The notes beneath the pieces were generated by a model that worked only from the letters and a program-made list of their open reading frames with translations, was not told the DNA's origin and ran no database searches. From Somniosus microcephalus (lineage: Eukaryota): DNA of 64,000 bases. Below, one piece after another: positions 58,600 to 64,000 of this stretch. The position numbers and the translations under genes are program-made. The stretch is taken from assembly GCA_052327205.1 (NCBI GenBank), contig CM126208.1, forward strand, positions 255,440,001 through 255,504,000. The letters are read 5' to 3'. Position 1 is the stretch's first letter. Every line of letters begins with the position of its first letter.

Positions 58600-59255
58600 T
58601 AATAGATCAATGCTAGGGTTGTTGCTGTCTGCAGTGTACATAAATGACTTGGAGTAGAGCACAGAAACAAAACTCTCGAGTTTGCAAATAATATCAAACT
58701 GGAAGGCACTGTAAACAACAGGGAACAGACTATTCAAATACGGAAGGACATGAAAAATTGGAGATCAGGGCTGATGAATGCAGATGTCATTTAATGTGGA
58801 CAAATACCAAGCCAAAGCAACACCTGGCAGACAGTGCTTACTAGATCAGCAGCCAATTGTAATGGCATTTCTGGACATTTTAGAATGGTTGTAACTCTGG
58901 GGTATCTGTTTTACAACGCACATTCTGATGCCCGACTACACCAGAACTACACCACTTTTGTATCAAAAAAGCTTCGGACCCAAAATGTGTTTAACGTAAT
59001 AACAGATTCTGCAACAAAAGCAAACAGCCTTAAACTTAGAAAAAGGGGAGGAAAAGGCAGTTTAAATTAAACTATTTTATGTAGAGGCTGGCAAGTGTAC
59101 AGGGGCTGATTGTATCAGCTAATTCAAGAGAGAATTGGTTAAGTACCTGGTGAAAAAATTGATATAGGGTCATGAGAAATATTCTGATATGATATTTCCT
59201 ACACGCTGAGACCAGCCAGACCTTTTTCTAGGCCTGTACATTCTTACGTTCCTAC
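58600..59255 (+). mobile_element. Old degraded CR1 fragments (about 58600-58815 and 59085-59255)
   Basis: SMLG.LL..VYINDL and FANNIKLEG RT remnants; decayed 3' end. Confidence 0.5.
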
Positions 59256-59482
59256 GATCACCCTTTAGGGAATTATTGCAATTACTAACTGCAAGCTGTG
59301 ATATTCCACATTAATCACCTTAACTCAAACCTTTCAGGCAAGGCACTGAAATGTTAGGTAACGGTAATATTTTTACTTATTTCTGGAAGACCGAATTAAG
59401 GGACAAAATAAAACATAGCGGATGACTTTCTAACGAATAGATCATTTTGTCAATTTACACCAATGCAAATTTATACTAAGAG

Positions 59483-59908
59483 AGAAAGAACTCACATTTA
59501 TGTAACACCTTCCGTGACCTCAGGATGTCCCAAAGTGCTTCACGGCCAATGAAGTACTTCTGAAGTGTGGTCACTGCTGTACTGTAGCGAAAGGCAGCAG
59601 GCAATTTGCACACAGCAAGGTCCCACAAACAGTAATGAAATAAACGACCAGCTAGTAATATTTTGGTGGTGTTGGTTTAGGGATAAATATTGGCCTGTGC
59701 TTCTTCAACATAGTGCTGTGGCATCTTTTACATCTACTACCTGAGAGGGCAGACAGGACCTTGATTTACTGTCTCATCTGAAAGACATCACCTCTGATAT
59801 TCCCTCAGTACTGCATTATTAGCCTAGCTACAATTTTCTTGAGTGGGGTTTGAACCCATAACCTTCTGACTCAAAGGTATGAGGACTACCACCGAGCTAA
59901 CACACTGA
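59483..59908 (-). mobile_element. DeuSINE, near full length, degenerate
   Basis: Reverse complement of tail, Deu-domain and B box (TTTGAACCC at about 59850). Confidence 0.75.
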
Positions 59909-61469
59909 TATTGGTTGTCTAAAACCTCACAGAACAAAAGATCAATACCTGAGCAGCAAGGTGATGAATTATAATAGTTTATGTTGTATTTTGTTCAATT
60001 ATTATTTCTGATTCTGTTTGTCGCGTCAAGGTGAAGGATCTCAGTGCTAGAGAACAGAACCTAATTTATCACCAAGCATTCCCAGGTGAAAAATGGATCA
60101 TAAATGCAGACTAGAACTCCCTCTGTCAGAACAACAAGATGCCTTAAACTCAATGCCAGAAAAGCAGTGCCACCTCACCAGTGCTTATTTTCCATTCCTC
60201 ACACAAGCCATCCTTGTGATCGCTTATGTGGGATTACCAGCTAATGTCAAATTACATTCAGTTTTGATATGAACTAACAACCATTCGAAAATAGGGGGCT
60301 AAAGTTCCTCTTTTCACAAAAAAAATTAAGAAATGCTTTCTTTTTGCTGATCACGAACCTCTAAGGAAAACATGGTAACACACATAACTGCGATGCCTGC
60401 AAAAAAGTTTTACGTGGTAATAAATAAAATATTAGCCAATCATGATGCATCTGCAATAACGATCCTTTCAAGTTTCTTAAGGTGCTAATGAGCTACTTTC
60501 CCTGTATAAATCTTGCAAACTTATTTGATACAGCTGTGGGGGAAGGGGCGGGTGGTGCAACTGTATTGGAGAACGGCTCCAGGGCAAATAAGAAAAGCAT
60601 ATTTCAGTGACTATATGCTATAAACACTTAGGATAGTATTTCTGGTGGGTGAGGAAGGGTTCCAAACATGCAGAGGAGGAATGTGTGGAAGCGCATCACA
60701 AATATGATGTTTGTAGAGCCAAAAGGACCTCTCAGGAAACGGGGGAGGGTGCGGGGGGAGGGGGGGGAATTACACAACTGAAGGAGGAACACCAAAGATA
60801 TGACTTTGATATTGCTGCAAAGAACCAGCACCGGATATAACATAGATGATAGAATGTTGTAAAAAATATACACAAAAAGGTATTTTTGGAGAGAGGGATG
60901 TGAACTAAAATGTAGCAAGTAATGTATTAGAACTAAAAATAGTAGGATTGTGTAAATGACGTTATGCATGCCAAGATGGAAGAGAGAATGTAATGCAAGA
61001 AGCAAGTTCTATGAATTAGCTCACCCTGTCTAAATACCACGGGTCATATTTTTAAAGCCAAAACTGGTATATAATAGGAAGGTGCAAAGTGGAAGAGGTC
61101 TCAGAATGAGAAAGTTCTAATACTGCATAATGAGGCAAACATAGAACTTTCTTGAAAAAGAAGATTTGCCAAGACATGGGTGGGGGAGGGGGGGGGGATT
61201 TTAACTCAGGTGTGGGATGGTGTCGTGTTATCCGAATTTTGTGTTTCCCACACAAATCTAAATGGATGTGGGAGATTGATGCTATTTTAGCTGAATTGAC
61301 CAATTGATTTCCAACGTGTGGGAAGCCTTTGCAAATGGGTTTTTCATGACTGAAAGTCCCCTCCGATGACATCATCATTGCTGCTGCATTTAAGGTCCAC
61401 AGCAAACCTTGCTTCTTCTGCAGACTGCCAAGTTTCTTGACTGTGCAGTGTGAGGGAGCTGCAGCAAAT

Positions 61470-63244
61470 ATGACAAGCGGGAGGGCCAGATCAGCTCCTC
61501 GCTTTGACGAGGCGGCACTGCAGGCATTAGTCGATGGGGCTAGGGCCAACAGGGAGGTGCTCTTCCCTTCATCAGGGAGGAAGAGGCCTCCCACTCAGAC
61601 CAAGGCAGTGTGGATGCAGGTGGCTGAGGAGGTCAACTCCTTGGGAGTCACCCGCAGAACCTGGATACAGTGCAGGAAAAGATTTCATGACCTTCCGCGC
61701 ACTGGAAAAGTGAGTATGAATTTCCCATCACCCTCAATCTGATCCCCATTACCTCCCCTCACCAGCACTCAGCTTTAGCAATCTCTTCCTCCACATCCCA
61801 CTTGACACTGACATCCATGCACCCTTACCCATTCCTTCTCTGTCTATGCTCACATTCACAGAACTATTCGACCATGCAGCCCTCACACTCCCTATCACTC
61901 TGATGCTTTGAACACAACTGACAACACACAGGGAGGGCCCTTGGTCTTGCAACCTCACTCCATCTTTGTCTCCTTCTAAGTATCTATGCTATGCAATCTC
62001 TACACTCACTCCTTCATTCTCACTCAACCTCCACTTGTCTCCCTCATTGCAGGAAAAGAGAACTCACAACAAAAGAGAGCGAGCCAGGACAGGAGGAGGG
62101 ACAGCCTCAATAGCCCACCTGACCCCCTGGGAGGAGGCCGTCCTGGAAATTATGGGAATAGAGGATGATTCGCGCGTGGGGGACGGACAGATGGGTGTAA
62201 CACAGCAAGCTGGTGACAGAAAAGTTTCCCATCTTTCTCTTTGACATTGCATGAGTCGCTGATAATGATTGTGAAGCTGTAACAGATGGACTTATGAGCA
62301 TCTGCAAAAAGCTATGTGCATGTAGCCTTTGCATCACATCTCTGACTCTTTCCTTTACTCCCCCACAGGACCATCACGAGCATCCATCCCCCCTAGCCAG
62401 GAAGAAGAGGCTGAGCAGCCAGACTCCTCAGAGGAAGCTGCAACCTCTGAGGGCGCAGTGTCAGCAGGATTCAGCGCATGCAGCACCAGCGCAGACACTC
62501 ACACCTTGGTGGGACTTTCGGGACATAGAGTAGTGTTGTCACCTGGTGTATCACAGCTCACAAGTGAGCATCAGCAGATTGTGGAGACAGGGATAGCAGT
62601 GGAGAGTCCTAGTCGGAGGGCGCAGGACTCTGCCAGCTTGGCTCAGCAGCATGTCGACCCTCTGCCTCTGGGTCCATACATAAGAGGAGAGGATGGCTAC
62701 GGCCATGGAGGAGCTTAGTCGCCAGGGTATGGAAAACATGGTCATTGTTCAGAATAGAATGACATCTCTTGAGGAGCGATGGGCATCTATTGAACAGAGA
62801 AACCAGACCTTCATGGAAGTCCTTCTGAGTAGGACTGCCATTGCAGATACGGGTCCCCATGGCCCCCCTGATGTGCAGCAAGGTGCTTTCCAGCCACTTG
62901 CAGGTGCTGAGGGGGACCTGACCCATGAGAGGGAGGTTGGTGGCAGACCTCAAGGAAGTGGGGGCTCCTCTCCAAGCGCTCACACTTCCATGCCACTGCA
63001 GAGCCCTCGGTCAGAGCCCCACCGGAGTCCACACCCAAGTGAGGTAGACGTCTCAACCCCTGCACAGCCGCAGGAGCAGCAGACTGTTGACGAGCCCCGA
63101 CAGGCTCGCAACCCCAGAGGATGCCCGCCAAAAGTGTCAAGACAGGAGCAGCAGGAAAGTGAGCAAGGGGCCTCTACATCTGCTGAAGCCACAGGGGAGG
63201 CACCACGTAGGAGCACGCATAAGAGGAAAATTCTGCACAAATAG
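61470..63244 (+). pseudogene. Harbinger Myb/SANT-like DNA-binding protein gene, three exons (61470-61709, 62053-62212, 62369-63244), one frameshift at about 62685
   Basis: RSAPRFDEAAL..L...W.QVAEEVN...RTWIQCRKRFHDL domain; AAA|gtgagt, ttgcag|GAA (EKR..N.RERARTGGG), G|gtgaca and ccacag|GA give phase-compatible joins; coiled-coil-like segment and basic RRSTHKRK tail. Confidence 0.8.
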
Positions 63245-63501
63245 TCACAAGGGTAGTCACTTGGGTGCAATTTTGTGCTTATTGTAAAAATGCCATCACG
63301 TCGTTATTGAACATAAAAATTCTGATGGCAAATGTTGCAGTTGTGGCGTGTGTCATTTCGCTATTGGGACTTCCACATTGAGGCCTTAGGAATACTTGCA
63401 ACTGTCAGTATGGTGGTCAGAGTGCTAGGAATCCTCTGGTTCTTGGCCATTGTCAAAGCTCTGGTAAAAAGCAGCGAGGCAAAAGTGTTTGATTGACAAG
63501 A

Positions 63502-63745
63502 CTAAGCAAATCTGGCCAGGATGAGTGCGTTCCTTGCATCCCGGGCAGCAATGTTCTCGCATAATGCTGCCGCTGGTTGATGGGCCTCTGCAGGATTTTC
63601 ATTTTTGCACTCCTCCTCCTCCTCATCATCTGAGGAGGATGTGTGAGGAGCCACTTGGTCCTCAGGAATCTGCAAGCCATGACGCTGTGCCATGTTGTGA
63701 AGTGCACAGCAAACCACGACGATTCTGGAGACCCTGGCTGCTGTA
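63502..63745 (-). pseudogene. Harbinger (HARBI1-like) transposase C-terminus, interrupted upstream
   Basis: RVSRIVVVCCALHNMA...acidic tract...AARDARNALILARFA*; similarity stops at about 63745. Confidence 0.85.
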
Positions 63746-64000
63746 GTTTTGCCAAACGTTATATGAGATTCTAGAGATAGCGCCGACCTGTATGGCTGCT
63801 GTTTTACGAGCTCCACCCCCCCCAACTGGTATTTTAATGTTGTATTTAATATATCGTACTGTTAGTTTTTTAGTACAGTATTCTACTGTTAAGTATTTAG
63901 CATTCTAGTTTTAGTATTAGTAGTTTAGTTGTTTTTTTTTATAAGTATTCTACTGTTTAACCGCTCCCCGCCCCCGCCGGCCAGGACCTGCTCCTGGGCC

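Larger units (their letters stand above)
61194..63745. mobile_element. Autonomous-type Harbinger transposon, left portion
   Basis: GGGGGATTTTAAC terminus; convergent Myb/SANT gene (+) and transposase 3' end (-), the canonical two-gene Harbinger content. Confidence 0.85.

Overview
Vertebrate genomic DNA, very probably a shark or other cartilaginous fish (SacSINE1/DeuSINE-like SINEs, many CR1 LINEs, Penelope and Harbinger elements). The only host gene is a spalt-family zinc-finger gene best matching SALL3 on the minus strand. Its large coding exon 2 is 48289-51779, its last coding exon is 38946-39377, and exon 1 appears to lie beyond 64000. The rest is intron, 3' UTR and gene-desert DNA containing two long CR1 LINEs, CR1/L2 fragments, SINEs, Harbinger elements and MITEs, and Penelope-derived hairpins. 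Most short ORFs in the track are spurious or TE-derived. Highlights: (1) Penelope-derived fold-back insertions with 13-14 bp TSDs carrying a minimal dimer-type hammerhead ribozyme motif, one attached to a GIY-YIG remnant; (2) an in-frame 216-nt exitron inside SALL3 exon 2 that would remove one double zinc-finger cluster; (3) a Harbinger element with a spliced Myb/SANT gene in intron 1; (4) a CpG-retaining domain of about 6 kb and several candidate conserved enhancers downstream of SALL3. Repeat boundaries were read by eye and are approximate unless TIRs, TSDs or splice sites are quoted.
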